A stretch of DNA of 60,697 nucleotides, filler included, from Porpidia crustulata (taxonomy: Eukaryota), in assembly GCA_964255105.1 (NCBI GenBank). It is 8 parts of 8 records of this genome, joined end to end, with 100 filler letters (N's around TTAATTAATTAA, not from the genome) between each part and the next. Parts side by side here need not be neighbours in the genome. Positions count along the whole stretch, not along the records: positions 1 to 7,511 come from CAXUWE010001303.1; positions 7,612 to 15,121 come from CAXUWE010001304.1; 6 more parts are not named here. One strand, written 5' to 3'. The first letter of the stretch is position 1. Each line of letters opens with the position of its first letter. The position numbers and the translations under genes are program-made. This document shows positions 1 through 12,442 of the stretch, one piece after another. The notes below the pieces were generated by a model that saw nothing but the letters and a program-made list of their open reading frames with translations, did no database searches and was not told where the DNA came from.

Positions 1-664
1 GGTTTGGGATTCGAGATGCTGATGTTCAGGGGTGCAAACTTCGGGCATCAGGATAGTCGGGTCAGCGTCATCTTCAATTCGGCATCTGCGAAGACTTGGA
101 TATTATTCGTTGAGAGCGTGAGGCCTTGATATGAGAATGTGGAGAAGAGGATGAAGATTTGATGATGGGAATTTTTTTGCGGATGTAGGGATTCTCGTTT
201 GTGAGAATAGATGTAGGTTTGTAATGGTAAATGAAAAGATCCGGCCTTTTGAGGAATAGTGGGCGAAGAGAGGATGATCTATGAGGATGTGTGAAGTTTG
301 CTCGGTTTATCACCTTTCTTATTACTCGACAAGCTCCAGTCTTGGGGGGAAAGAGACAGCTAGCGCCTTTCAACCCATTTTCTGGACTTGCAAGATAATT
401 TGATGGTATCTTGTAATGAATCCGGGATGTATGTTCATTAGACATTCAAACTATGGCGCGTCTTTCGTCATGCCACGATGAACTCGATATCATGTTATCC
501 CAATCCGAATATGTCCTTTGATTCTATCTACCCGCTAAACCGAACACAAACATATATATCTCCAGATATCAGCACGCTCGCTGACGCGCTTTTACCCCAG
601 GTCGTAGCCTCGTCATCGTAATCTCGTTTGCTATAGACAGATCCTCAGCAACCCTTTCCGTCGC

Positions 665-3466
665 TTACTCATACAGATCCATATCTCCCGCGCCGTCCTC
701 CAGAGCCAACAGTGCTTCCTGCTCGTCCTCTTCGTCGACCATATCCTCGTCTCCGCTCTCCCTATCCTCGTCGTTGTGGTTCGGAAGGACTGCGATCCTC
801 CCGTCATCCATCACCACCCTGGCTATTTCCCCGTCCTTGATGCTGCCCCTCAGGATCAGCACGGCGAGTCGGTTCAGCACTTCCTTCTCGATCAATCGAG
901 CCAGGGGCCGCGCGCCGTATGCGGGCGAGTAGCCGGCGCTGCCGAGGTAGTCTTTGACGTCATCGGAGCAGTAAATTTTTACTTTCCTATCGTTTGCTTT
1001 CAAACGTTTCTGGATCTCCTCGAGGCGGACATCGACAATCTTGCGTATTTCGCGGCGCGTAAGCCGGTTGAAGATGACGATGCTCGAGATACGGTTGAGG
1101 AATTCGGGAAGGAAGTAGTTGCGTAGGCTTGTCATGACCATTTCTCTTGTTGTAGGGTCGATCTTGCCATCGGGGGCGTTCTGACGAGCAAGGTACTCGG
1201 CACCGAGATTAGAAGTCATCACGACGATGCAATTGCGGGCATCGACGATGCGGCCTTGACCGTCGGTGATGCGGCCGTCATCCATGAGCTGGAGCATCAC
1301 AGTAAGGACCTCTTTGGCGGCTTTTTCAACTTCATCGAAGAGAAGGATGGAGAAGGGGCGACGACGGAGTGCCTCCGTGAGCTGACCGCCAGCATCGTGG
1401 CCGACGTAGCCAGGAGGTGCGCCAATCATCCGGCTGAGAGAGTGACGCTCTTGATATTCCGACATGTCGAAGCGGATCATGGCTTTTGCGTCGTCAAACA
1501 GGAATTCGGCTAGAGCTTTCGTCAACAAGGTTTTTCCCGTGCCAGAAGGACCGCAAAAGAGGAAGCTAGGTGGTTGATTCGGATTACTGAGACCAGATCG
1601 TTGTAGCCGAATCGCGTTTGAGACAGATGTGACAGCCTCCTTTTGACCTACGACGATCTTGCCTAGGACCTTTTCCATCTGGAGCAGTTTGTCTTTCTCA
1701 GAGGCCTTTAGTCTTGTGATCGGAATTCCTGTCCATCTGGAGACGATGTCTTGGATCTGCTCTGGTCCCACGGAGTCAGTCAACATAGCTTCTTTATCCC
1801 CTCCGCTGCGAGCGTACAGCTCAGCGTCCGCCCTTGCTCGATCTGCCTCGAGCCTGTCAATTCGAGCTTTAGTGTCCGGCATGGCGTAGTAGAGGAGATC
1901 CGAAGCAGTCGTAATGTCTTTATTTCGCTCTGCTTCCTCTTGCTTCACTTTGAGTTGGTCGTATTTGATCTTCGCCTCCTGGATGTCTTTACTTCGTTGC
2001 TTCTCACTCTCGTACTTTTCGCGCAGAGGTTTGAGATCCTCCTCAATGTTGGCAGCTTCGGTTCGTGCTTCCCCTAGCCTGATACGAGCTGCGTCATCTT
2101 TTTCACGCTCGAGTGCATGAATTTCGATTTGCAATTGACGCAACTTGCGCTCCATATTGTCAAGAATTTCTGGCTGGGATTCGCGGGTGACACGGACCGC
2201 GGCGGCAGCTTCATCGATCAGGTCCACGGCAGAATCGGGCAATCGTCGGGCTGTAAGATAGCGAGCGGCTAGAGTGGCCGCTGCAATTATAGCACCATCT
2301 AGAATATTGACGCCGTGGTGAACTTCATATTTCTCTTTCAACCCACGAAGGATGGACACTGTTTCTGGAATGCTTGGCTCTTTGACCAAGACCTGTTGGA
2401 ATCTTCGTTCAAACGCTTGATCCTTCTCAATGTACTTCCGGTACTCGGCGAGAGTTGTGGCACCAATGCAATGCAACTGGCCTCTCGCGAGCATGGGCTT
2501 CAGTAGATTAGCAGCATCCATGCCGCCTTCTCCACTTGAGCCAGCGCCCATCAGCAAGTGTATCTCGTCCACGAAGAGAACAATCATTTCCTTTGATTCT
2601 TCAATCTCTTTCAAAACACCCTTCATTCGCTCCTCGAATTCTCCCCGATATTTGCTCCCAGCCACCAGCGATCCAACATCAAGCGATAACAGTTTACATG
2701 CGGCAAGGTTAGCTGGTACATCGGCATTGACTATCCGTGATGCTAAGCCTTCTACCACGGTGGTCTTTCCCACACCAGGCTCTCCGATCAACACAGGGTT
2801 GTTCTTTGTTCTCCGAGACAGAATCCGTATAACTCGTCGGATTTCTTCTTCCCGACCAATGACTGGATCGATTTTGCCCTCTCTTGCCAGCGAAGTCATA
2901 TCGATAGTAAACTTCTTCAAGTTCTCGTTCTCCTGTTCGGAATCGGCCGTTTTGGTATCCACGCGCTTTGTCCCTCGAATTTGTTGTATCGCGCTGTCTA
3001 TTAATTTAGTGTTGGGGATGTTCGCTTCCGCCAGACATCTCTGTATCGAAGGATCCTGAGCCAATGCGGTGATCAGATGATCTATAGCAATGAAACTATC
3101 TTTCTGTATTTTTTGAAGTTCGCTAGCGGCGCGGAGGACCTTGGAGAACTGTGGTGATATGGAAACATTTTCTGGAGGTGGGTCTTGACTCGGCAGTCTC
3201 ACAAGGGCTTTCTTCATAGCACGATCGAGCATCTGAGGATCGCCATGGGCGCGCTCAACGACTTGCTTAAAGAGCGGGGCAGACGATCCAGAGTGTGAGG
3301 CATTCATGGTCTGTTGTTGATCTTTTGACTCGTCTATTGGTGGGTCGAGGAGCGACACGGCCAGATGTAGAGGTAGGATTTGAGAATGTGAGTATTGCTG
3401 TGCGAGTTCATGGGCGTCAGCGAGAGCCTTCTGCCCTCTGTCGGTGAACTGCATGCCTGAAGTCAT
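665..3466 (-). CDS. HSP104: Hsp104/ClpB AAA+ disaggregase (intronless, 933 aa)
   Basis: N-terminal Clp repeat region, NBD1 Walker A GEPGVGKT, middle coiled coil, NBD2 GPSGTGKT, RFDMSEYQERH and GARPL motifs, acidic C-terminal tail; no mitochondrial presequence evident. Confidence 0.97.
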   Translation of the reverse strand: MTSGMQFTDRGQKALADAHELAQQYSHSQILPLHLAVSLLDPPIDESKDQQQTMNASHSGSSAPLFKQVVERAHGDPQMLDRAMKKALVRLPSQDPPPENVSISPQFSKVLRAASELQKIQKDSFIAIDHLITALAQDPSIQRCLAEANIPNTKLIDSAIQQIRGTKRVDTKTADSEQENENLKKFTIDMTSLAREGKIDPVIGREEEIRRVIRILSRRTKNNPVLIGEPGVGKTTVVEGLASRIVNADVPANLAACKLLSLDVGSLVAGSKYRGEFEERMKGVLKEIEESKEMIVLFVDEIHLLMGAGSSGEGGMDAANLLKPMLARGQLHCIGATTLAEYRKYIEKDQAFERRFQQVLVKEPSIPETVSILRGLKEKYEVHHGVNILDGAIIAAATLAARYLTARRLPDSAVDLIDEAAAAVRVTRESQPEILDNMERKLRQLQIEIHALEREKDDAARIRLGEARTEAANIEEDLKPLREKYESEKQRSKDIQEAKIKYDQLKVKQEEAERNKDITTASDLLYYAMPDTKARIDRLEADRARADAELYARSGGDKEAMLTDSVGPEQIQDIVSRWTGIPITRLKASEKDKLLQMEKVLGKIVVGQKEAVTSVSNAIRLQRSGLSNPNQPPSFLFCGPSGTGKTLLTKALAEFLFDDAKAMIRFDMSEYQERHSLSRMIGAPPGYVGHDAGGQLTEALRRRPFSILLFDEVEKAAKEVLTVMLQLMDDGRITDGQGRIVDARNCIVVMTSNLGAEYLARQNAPDGKIDPTTREMVMTSLRNYFLPEFLNRISSIVIFNRLTRREIRKIVDVRLEEIQKRLKANDRKVKIYCSDDVKDYLGSAGYSPAYGARPLARLIEKEVLNRLAVLILRGSIKDGEIARVVMDDGRIAVLPNHNDEDRESGDEDMVDEEDEQEALLALEDGAGDMDLYE

Positions 3467-3700
3467 GTTGGCGTCTGTGTACTTGACTGTACCTCACAAA
3501 GAATTCGATGAGTGAGGGAAGCGGCTAATAGTATTTATTATATCAAATGGGGGAACGTCCTGGTTGTTTAGAGAATGTTTAGGACTCTTTCTTTAAGAAA
3601 TGTCCAAGATTCCTAATGGCAAGGCGAGGAATACTAACAGGTATCCAATTTCTTCCAGTAGGAGTCCTACGGATTGAGGTACGAATGCAATTCAAAGTCA

Positions 3701-3735
3701 CTTCTAGCTGCTTCATCTGCTTTCTGGGCCTTTCT
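3701..3735. promoter_or_regulatory. Putative step-type heat shock element upstream of HSP104
   Basis: TTC at 3702, 3712, 3722 and 3732 (exact 10-bp period, nTTCn-N5-nTTCn), ~235-270 bp upstream of the HSP104 ATG. Confidence 0.5.
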
Positions 3736-4044
3736 TCGGGGTTTCGGGACTGCCAGCAAATATTTGTAGGGCTGAGCCCTACCCCCGCGTCATACTCGGA
3801 GTTAATTTATTTCTAGCATAACCAACCTAAGCGCGTAGCTATCTATATCAAACGCAATATGCTCGCATTTCATCTTCTTGCAGTAGATGTGGATACGTTC
3901 GATGACTTGATCCCGAATACCTCTCACATATCAGATGCCGCCTGCTAATCTATACAATGCATCGCCTACTAATATCAAATCTTTTCCCACGAATGCTGAT
4001 CCTTCAGTATGTCCCTATATACATATATATCTTTGAGGATAGAT

Positions 4045-4881
4045 TTATAGTGTTGCCACAGCTATTGCTAATAGAACAGCGATAGCCCCCATCGCTCCGT
4101 TCGCTGAGCCACCAACCGCCTGCATTGCGCCAGCGTTTTTTGTCTGGTTTGCTGCAGTAGCACTCGCGCTACTGGAGGCGGAGGAAGTCGAGCTACTGGT
4201 GCCTGAAGAGGAGCTAGATGGTTTGCTGCTGGTGGATGTTGCCATGCTAGTCGGAGTTGAGGACGAGCCCCCGGGGGCAGCAGTCATACTGGTTGTCATG
4301 GTAGATGAGCTACCTGAGGTGGAGGACGCAGTCGCAAAGGATGTGACAGTGGCAGACTGTTGAGCGGAGACCCCGGCACCAGCGGTAATGACTACTGGGA
4401 AGTATTGAATCTCTGATGTGGCAAGAGTTGTCGTCGTAACACCGGGAAAGTTGGCTGAGAGGCCGGTCGCAGATTCTACGCACACAGCGGAGGTACTACC
4501 AGAGATCGCACAGCCTGCATCCAGAGTGCTTTTTCAGTCAGCTGGGCCGGTTGTTTACTGCCCCGAAGAGAACTTACAAACCCGGCGCACCGAGGGAGAG
4601 ATGTAGTGTCGAAGCTCCTCCAACCACAGTGATAGGTACTGGAAAGCCGCAGGAACTCGGATCACTGCCCGGAGCACATTCAATCACATAGGTCGTCGCT
4701 GGACCGCTCTGAAAATTGAGGTCAGAAGAGAATTGAATTGAAAAATGTTGGGGAGACTTACCGAGCCGGCGATGGAGCCCACCAGGCTTTGATTATCCGC
4801 TCCTGGTATGAACAACGAAACCGTCGACTGTGCTACGCTCCAGCCAGCCAAGGCCAATACTGTAAAAGGGATTGCGATCAT
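4045..4881 (-). CDS. Secreted Ser/Thr-rich, probably GPI-anchored cell-wall protein (3 exons)
   Basis: Signal peptide MIAIPFTVLALAGWSVAQ; introns ~4761-4709 and ~4577-4530; spliced Cys-containing domain (ATTYVIEC...SSCGF...GCAISGSTSAVCVES), long S/T stretch, C-terminal hydrophobic tail after KNAG. Confidence 0.8.
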
Positions 4882-7511
4882 CTTTAATATGTATAGTTGC
4901 TTTGGTGGATTGATTTAGGATAAGTGCGATCACAGGGATTCGGAATATATCAGTATGAAAGACCGACGATAAATGAAGAGAAAGGAATGACTGTGGGTTC
5001 AAGATGTGTAAGCTGAATGAAGAGAAGTGGTACGCAAGAGACGTTATTCATAAGGAGGCAACTACTCTCATATACCAATTCAGCTTTAGTGGACCCGAGC
5101 AATTTACCACCTCGCGGTGTGACCCTATAATTTCGCTTCTTTTAATAAAAAGTATAGGGGAACCATCAGCAGGGCCTGGATGCAGGTACCCGAGCGACAT
5201 AGCCGAATGCCCCGAGGGCGTCTAGCGAGGGCTAGACGATTTCCCAATCACGGTCTGTTCCACATAGATTTTCATCGTCCCCTCAACCCCTACGGAATAC
5301 AACCGTGGTCATTACGATCTTACGAGGTCACTAACCACCATGTGCGTGTAGTTGTGTTCAACACGAGATCTCATGCAAAGTTCTAAATACGGTTTACCGG
5401 ATCAGAAGCTAACTATTTAGCGTAATTTGTTAGGGTTGTTGGATAAATGCAATATCATTATATCACGAGCTACTGCATGGACTGGGCGTTTATCGGACCG
5501 CCAACACAGTGAAAATTCCGCGAATAATGGAACTCATAAGATCTTGTCACCTTGTGTCGGTGATACTTTCTTGGCTGACGAATTTATCGGACAGTCCTTC
5601 CGGCGAGTAGTCCCAGAACGAACATGGTCCCCAACTAGCAGCAACAAGTCCCTCGAGATAGTACGAGTAGTCAGACGTGGTAAATAATTCTAGTGTCGAT
5701 AAGCATCAAGAGAACTCGTCCATCGAGCGCCGAACAGCTCACGGATCTGAGCCGGTAGGAAGTTGATAGGGCGAAGCAGAGATCAAATGCTCGCTGTCAT
5801 GATTGCCTGTTTGTGGGTTTTTACCAATCTAAATAAGCCTACAGCTATGTCTTCAGGTCCTTTGGTATGGCCGAAAGCTATATTTCATTTGCTAGGGCGT
5901 TATCGTACGGATCAACGACATCTAGTTAGATAGTTCTGGAATGGTCGAATGTCATGTGAGTCAGACTTTAAGAACACCGATTGTCTACCTCTTGTATTTG
6001 AGTCATTATCATGCTGCGGTCTGGTCTGGTGGTCATAGCAGGCCAACTTCCCCCCTTTGCTTTGATACATCATAAACGAGAATGAAGTGGAGGACAGCTG
6101 GTTTTCGTGAATGATTCCTCTAGCTTTGGAATTTGCGTCAGCGACGATATATTCAACAGCGCTTCTGGAACAAGGAGATTTGGTTATGGAAAAACGTAGA
6201 CTGCGAAGACTCAATTCACTAAGGGACGTTGGAAAGAATCTGGAAAGACTTTGACGACATGCATGCCCAGGAAAGCTATATAGAAAGCGCACAGATGGGC
6301 AAGGCGATCCTAACGATCAACAAATGTCCTTGTGCTCACTTAGGATCTATCGCTATCCGGCTTTACTGCAACAGTGTCATGAATTGATGCTAATAGGTCC
6401 AACAGCAAAAGATCCCATATGTTCATCGTTTTTCAGACGATTTGATGATCTCTTAGCTTCAGCTGCTTCAATTCCTTGGCACATATACCTATTATTGCAA
6501 GTTTGAGGCTGCTGGATCGTTGCAATCCTCCCTTTTTCCCACTTCAAAAGGTTTCGTTAATGCGCATCCAGTTGACTACTCGAAGCTTCATCAATTCGAG
6601 AACCATCCCAGGCATGCCGATAAAAATAGCAGTGTACGATAGAGTCGTGGCTTGCTCGATGTTGAAGCCGCACCACGAATGTTCCCATCTTTCTTTGATA
6701 GAATCCAGCATGATTACAATAACGTCGTCAAGCGCCAGCTACCCAAATGCCCAAAGTGCTCACGTCGAATCCAGAGGCCGTGCAGAAGGAACATCACTCA
6801 GGTAGACTGCAAAGAGCTACTTGTTAGATACTACCAGGGATCTATCAGGAGCTGAGGTTCCTATCAAAGACCATCCTGTCAACAACCGAGAACGAGCATT
6901 CACAAAACCTTCGACCTCTGGAGGCTGGATCACGGCTTACCCCACCAGGCACCTCAGCGCCCGAACATCCAATACTTCGGATCCTACTCAATAATTGCAG
7001 CACCACGGGCATCGTCGAATCTCTCGCTACCCTTGCCGTCGAAAACCAACTCCTCCAAATAGCCACCAACGCTCTCAACAATCACTTCAAAGACACCTGC
7101 CAAGTCCACTTCTAACGTCTCCTAATCTGTCAACTCAACCAATTACCAACAAAACCCAAATCCCCCTCACGGCGCAGGACAGAAACTCCCTATTCATCGA
7201 TCTAGCTATAGTAGGATGTGAAAAGACATTATCTGCTCTAGCCATCCCAACTCGCGTGCGCCGTCTGGCTGTTCTTGATGGCGATTAGTTGGTAAGAAAG
7301 GAGATGATGTACGAGAAATTAGGGAAGGTTTTTGCTTGGAAAGAAAGTATTCAAGTCTGATAAGTTGATGAACCTCGAACGACCCGTTGACCAAAACGTC
7401 GGCGAGGTTTTTATTGATCTTTATATACAACTTTAATGAAAAGTATACAATATCATTTTTTCGGAAAACCTTAGCAAGGAAAACCCTGATCCCACAACCG
7501 CATTCCAGAAT

Positions 7512-7611
7512 NNNNNNNNNNNNNNNNNNNNNNNNNNNNNNNNNNNNNNNNNNNNTTAATTAATTAANNNNNNNNNNNNNNNNNNNNNNNNNNNNNNNNN
7601 NNNNNNNNNNN
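7512..7611. other. Artificial contig linker N44-TTAATTAATTAA-N44
   Basis: Identical 100-bp spacer with stops in all six frames; repeats at 15122-15221, 22722-22821, 30319-30418, 37915-38014, 45511-45610 and 53105-53204. Confidence 0.99.
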
Positions 7612-8070
7612 TCTCTGACTTCCGCCGCTCCGAATTCAAAGCCCATGGATAGGTTGAAAGGAAGCAATAACAGGATTTCAAGCAGTGCTCGACCTTCGCC
7701 TTCACTTCCGCCTTCACTTCCGCCTTCGAATTTAGCAATTCCTCCCTCTTCAGCACCTTCAGTAACAACAAGAGCGGAGCGGGCGGTGAAGGAAAAGACC
7801 AAATGAAAACCGACGCCGACGTCAGCGTCAGTGACCCGGCGAGCTCGTGATTCCGCTTTAGAGGCTGCTCCTCAGCCTACTAGGAAGAGGTCTAAAAATA
7901 ACCTCGTTGGCGCCGATAGTGTGGAGGAAAGGGAATAACAGCAGCAAGGGTTACTGAATTCACCGTTTATAATTAATGATGGTACCTATATTTAGGTAGT
8001 GACGCCACCTAAAATAATGTACCCCGCCTACTGTGCGCTAGCATGTGTGCGCTCACTTGGTGCGCTCCCC
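7612..8070 (+). mobile_element. Probable degenerate DNA-transposon 3' end (Mutator-like?)
   Basis: Frame from 7612 is interrupted by TGA (7804) and TAA (7936), consistent with TGG->TGA and CAA->TAA changes; basic TRAERAVK tail; terminal segment has GTGCGCT x3 (8033, 8047, 8060) ending in CCC; lies at a contig edge. Confidence 0.4.
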
Positions 8071-8396
8071 GGACTTCCCGTCGCAATTGAGGCTCTTGTA
8101 AGTAACAATCCACCACGATAATCTAGTCTGTCTAGGAAATTCTGTGCATTTACCTACGGTACTTTGAGTTACGCGTGACCGTCCGAGCCCTGAAACGGAA
8201 ACGCCTAGCAGTCGGTCAACAGAAGAAATATAGGTAGCCATTTACAGTAACTCGGCATCCATTTCACAGCCAAAAACTAAACCCTTTACAGCAATACGCT
8301 AAGGATGTTCGCTGTTCGGTTCCTTAGACCCTGTTCGTGAAGGAAAACCCTTCCACTTCGTCCCTCGTTTCAGAGCACAAGGCCTGTGATTCATTG

Positions 8397-8877
8397 ATGA
8401 TGGTAGGTGTTTTCAGAAGCAAGCAGAAATTCGTGGACTGATACATCGAGGCGGTCTATAGGAAAGTCCCCATGACCAGCAGCAATGCTTGCTCCTGTCG
8501 CGCATCGTTACCAACGTTGTAAGTTCTCTTATCGTAAAAAGCATTTGATGGAGCCTTATATCTAAATTGATCATTGACAGGAAAAGCTGAACGAAGCTGT
8601 AGTGGCACTCAACAAAAGTCTTCAAGTCTGTCTCTGGAAACATGCTTTTGGATAGGCGTGAGTCTGCCGCTAATGCAGGTACCTAATGACTAGGAGATCA
8701 ATATCCAAAATATGAACGTCGAGCTTGTGGCTCAAATGTTTAAGAATTATCAGTCCAACATCCTCTTCCACCTTGAAGGTCAGCCGTTCATCTTGACTCA
8801 GGTTGATTATGGGGATTAGGCGCTAACAGCGTTCTGCAACATTTCTAGCAACTGACAGTCTGCAAATACCATCTTGA
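8397..8877 (+). CDS. DAD4: DASH/Dam1 complex subunit Dad4 (5 exons, ~73 aa)
   Basis: Exons 8397-8402, 8462-8518, 8581-8625, 8694-8778, 8849-8877, all GT-AG. Splices to (M)[72 protein letters not shown], matching the fungal Dad4 pattern. Confidence 0.93.
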
Positions 8878-9199
8878 ATTAGATACGCAAAGTAGTTCTT
8901 TCGAGCTATTGTTAGGGGAGCTAGTGGAGTTCGATGATGGCTACGATTGTGATGAAAGTGCTATCTTAATTGGCTATAGAGCTTAAGCCAACTGCATGTC
9001 TAGATTTACTCGTACCTAGATAATTGACACCTGATATTCTAAAACATTGTCCTAAAATCCGAGCCAAATCAAATCGGCAAATATTTCCTTGCCCCCGAAA
9101 TCCTCGCCAGTAGAGAGTTCTGAATGATAGTGCAATCGCTAAGGGTCGGATTCGTACAGTCCATCCACCAGCTTGGATAGGATATCAGAAGGCCACAGA

Positions 9200-11694
9200 A
9201 TGACCATCAACTCCGTACGATACCTAGACACGGTAGACTCGGTCAAATGTCAAAACGAAATACATGAAGCAAAGCTGCCCTTACGGATTTGGCACGCTAT
9301 TGAGCCTCCATTTAAGGGGAAACAGCCTGCTCCAGCAGAAGGCTACAAACGGAGTACAAATGAGACTGTCATTGTAATCGACAACGGTATGTGCAACAAT
9401 GAATAGCACTGTAAGACCGCATCTCATGCTCATGAAATTGCTAGGCGCTAGTCTCATCCGGGCTGGCTGGTCTTTCGACGAAGCCCCCAGATTATCATTT
9501 CCAGCCAACGTAGCCCGTTATAGAGACCGAAAGCTGAATAGAACATGCTCTTATGTTGGATATGATGCCTATGCCGATGCAACAACACGAGGCCAAATAC
9601 GAAATGCTTTCGAGCCAGGAAGCAATATTATTGCCAATTGGGATGTTATGGAAGGGGTGCTGGATTACACATTCGTCAATCTTGGCGTCACTGGTGTGGA
9701 CGGAGGTATAGGCAGACCGGTACTTATGACTGAAGCTGTTGCAAATCTGGGATATTCACGGAAAAGTTGGTGTTTTTACAGGAAGCAGAGAATGCACAAT
9801 GCTAATTACAAACAGCCATGACCGAACTACTGTTTGAGTGCTACTCTGCACCTTCGTTGGCTTATGGTATTGACTCGCTATTTTCTTACAGATACAATAA
9901 AGGAAGCAACGGGCTTATCATATCTTCTTCTTACACTTCTACCCACTTAATTCCTGTTGTGGACTCGAAGGCTATCCTCTCTAGTACTACTCGACTCAAT
10001 TGGGGGGGCTACCAAGGTGCAGATTATCTGCTCAAGCTACTGAGACTAAAGTATCCCAACTTTCCAGGAAAGATTACGGATTACCAAGCCGAGGAAATGG
10101 CCCGTGAACATTGTCACGTATCAGAACACTATGACACAGACCTCACAAAGTACCTGGACTGGACTGGACTGGAAGACAGAGATCACATAATACAGTACCC
10201 CTTCACCGAGCAGGCCGTAATCGAAAAGACAGACGAAGAAATAGCTCGAATAGTTGAACGGAAGCGGGAAGGTGGTCGACGACTTCAAGAACAGGCCGCG
10301 AAGATGAGACTAGAGAAATTAGTGAGAAAGGAGCAAGAGTTGGAATATTTCAAAGATCTTCAGCAGCGCTTACAATTCCAGACCAAGAAGGAGCAAAAGC
10401 GCTTGCTAGACGAGGATGAGTTTAAGGATGAGTCTCAATTAGAAAAGACGATCAAAGAGCTTGAGAAGTCTGTTCGTAAGGCAAGGAACAAAGATGTCGG
10501 TGGCACAGAGAACCCCGAGGAGGAGGAAGCGCAAACTTTCCCAATGTTGGACATACCAGACGAACAGCTAGACGAAGCAGGCCTTAGGCAAAAAAGGCAT
10601 CAGCGCTTGATGAAATCGAATGTTGATGCTCGAGCAAGAGCTAAAGTTGAGAAAGCTCAAGAGCAGGCTCGAGCTGCGGAAGAAGGACGACTTGACGACG
10701 AGCGGCGTGCAAATGACCTCGTAGGTTGGTTAAATGGTCGGAGGGCAGCTAGATCGGTGAGTGTCTTACGACCTGCACAATCATTGAGCCGTTCGATAGA
10801 CTGAACGTTACGAAAGGCTTTACTGCAGAAAATTAAGGACCGAGATCGGCTAAAAGCAGACTTGGGAAACCGTAAATCACTGGCCAGTCAGATTCGGATG
10901 AAGACACTAGCAAATCTGGCGTCGGACGCGCCGGGCAAAAAACGACGCCGTGGTGGCGACGATGACAATTTCGGCGCTAATGATGAGGACTGGGGAGTCT
11001 ATCGTACCGTCGTTATTGGCGATCAAAGTGATGAGGATGAAGAGGAAGATCTTGGTGCAGGGCTTAAAAGTGTAGAAGCGCAGTTGTTGAAATACGACCC
11101 TAGCTTCACCGAGGCGAGCACCATGGATGCAAAATCGAACTGGTCAAAGAGCCTTATTCATGCATTCCTCCGTGGTCCCCGACCTTTTGATGGTGAAAGC
11201 CAGCAAGAAATTCATCAAATACATCTGAACGTGGAGAGGATACGCGTACCTGAGGTTATATTTCAGCCAGCAATTGCCGGCCTTGACCAGGCCGGTATAG
11301 TCGAGATGGTGGCTGACATAATGAATCATGGCCTGACCCAAGTTGAGAATCGTAACAACTTGATGAAAGACGTATTCCTCACTGGCGGAAATACTTCGTT
11401 TACTGGTTTTGATGAGCGCTTACGTAGAGAGTTGCGAGGGGTGCTTCCTGATAGAGCTGATATTGGCATTCGTCGGGCTAAAGATCCTCTACTCGACGCT
11501 TGGAAGGGTGCTGCCCAATGGTCAAGGAAGCCTGACTTCAAGAATAGTTTATTGACCATGGACGAGTATCAAGAGAAGGGTGCGGACTATATCAAGGTGA
11601 GTGAATTGAAGCGATAGCTGCAATTGGCTTCTTCAAGACTAATACAGGATGGTAGGATCACGACCTCGGGAATATTACAAACATTCCTAGCTAA
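9200..11694 (+). CDS. ARP5: Actin-related protein 5 (INO80 complex), 5 exons
   Basis: Introns 9387-9444, 9766-9815, 10757-10816, 11597-11655; actin-fold motifs IVIDNG, VLMTEA, ERIRVPEVIFQP, VFLTGG, DAWKGAA; Arp5-type charged insertion (RKREGGRRLQEQAAKMRLEKL). Confidence 0.95.
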
Positions 11695-12442
11695 GGCACA
11701 CAATGTATCCGAATATACGTCCGCAGGATACCGATGCAACTTCAATAGCCAAAGCATTCGTATTCCCTACCAGGTACATCCAAGCGAAAGTCAAACTACG
11801 AATACGCCTCATCGATGTTAGCAGCAGACAACATGGTTGTGATGCGGCATAGCCGCGAACGCCACCGTCAGTCAAGACTTACGAGGTTAAGGCCGCGAGC
11901 GAGGGTAGACAGCCGTAAGTCTGAGTGCAAAAAAAACCTGACTCGCAGCTGGTAGCTTCACTGTGAGTGTTGGCTAGTCTGATCAGTGGAAGTCTTTCTC
12001 AAAGTGTCATGAAAGGTCTGCTATGTGTTGGAGATCTGCAAGGACTTCGATCATGCTATCAGGTACTGTAGTATGGACTAAGCTTAAAATGTAGCCCAGG
12101 CTCTCAGAGTAGAGCTGAGCATATTTCCCAAGAACGCAAGAAGAGGTTGAAGTTTGACCAAGGGATCCTTCAACGCCATGCCGTTATCGTAAACTTAAGG
12201 AGCATGCAACATTCGCTCAAGTGGAAGCACAGGATCAGGACGAACTCCGATATCACCGACCTGCTCCTAGAATACTCCGTATATGGTTATGATGCTGGAC
12301 TAGACAAACCTCTAGCAATAGGAAGAAATATCCTCGCTATACGACCTATTCTGCTCATTGACCTGAGCAACTTCTGATATTCAGAGTAAAGATGCGCAAA
12401 ATAAGCCAACCACGGCGAAATGACTCGCAGGCTTGCACACCT

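Noticed and set aside
776..3059. Several + strand ORFs overlapping HSP104 (and similar antisense ORFs over other genes)
   Set aside because: Antisense shadows of codon-biased genes with no recognisable motifs.
6560..7288. Possible spliced + strand hypothetical gene
   Set aside because: Open stretches exist, but I could not build a consistent exon chain or recognise a domain.
7556..7802. ORFs running into X/LIN stretches
   Set aside because: Artefacts of translating the N-linker.
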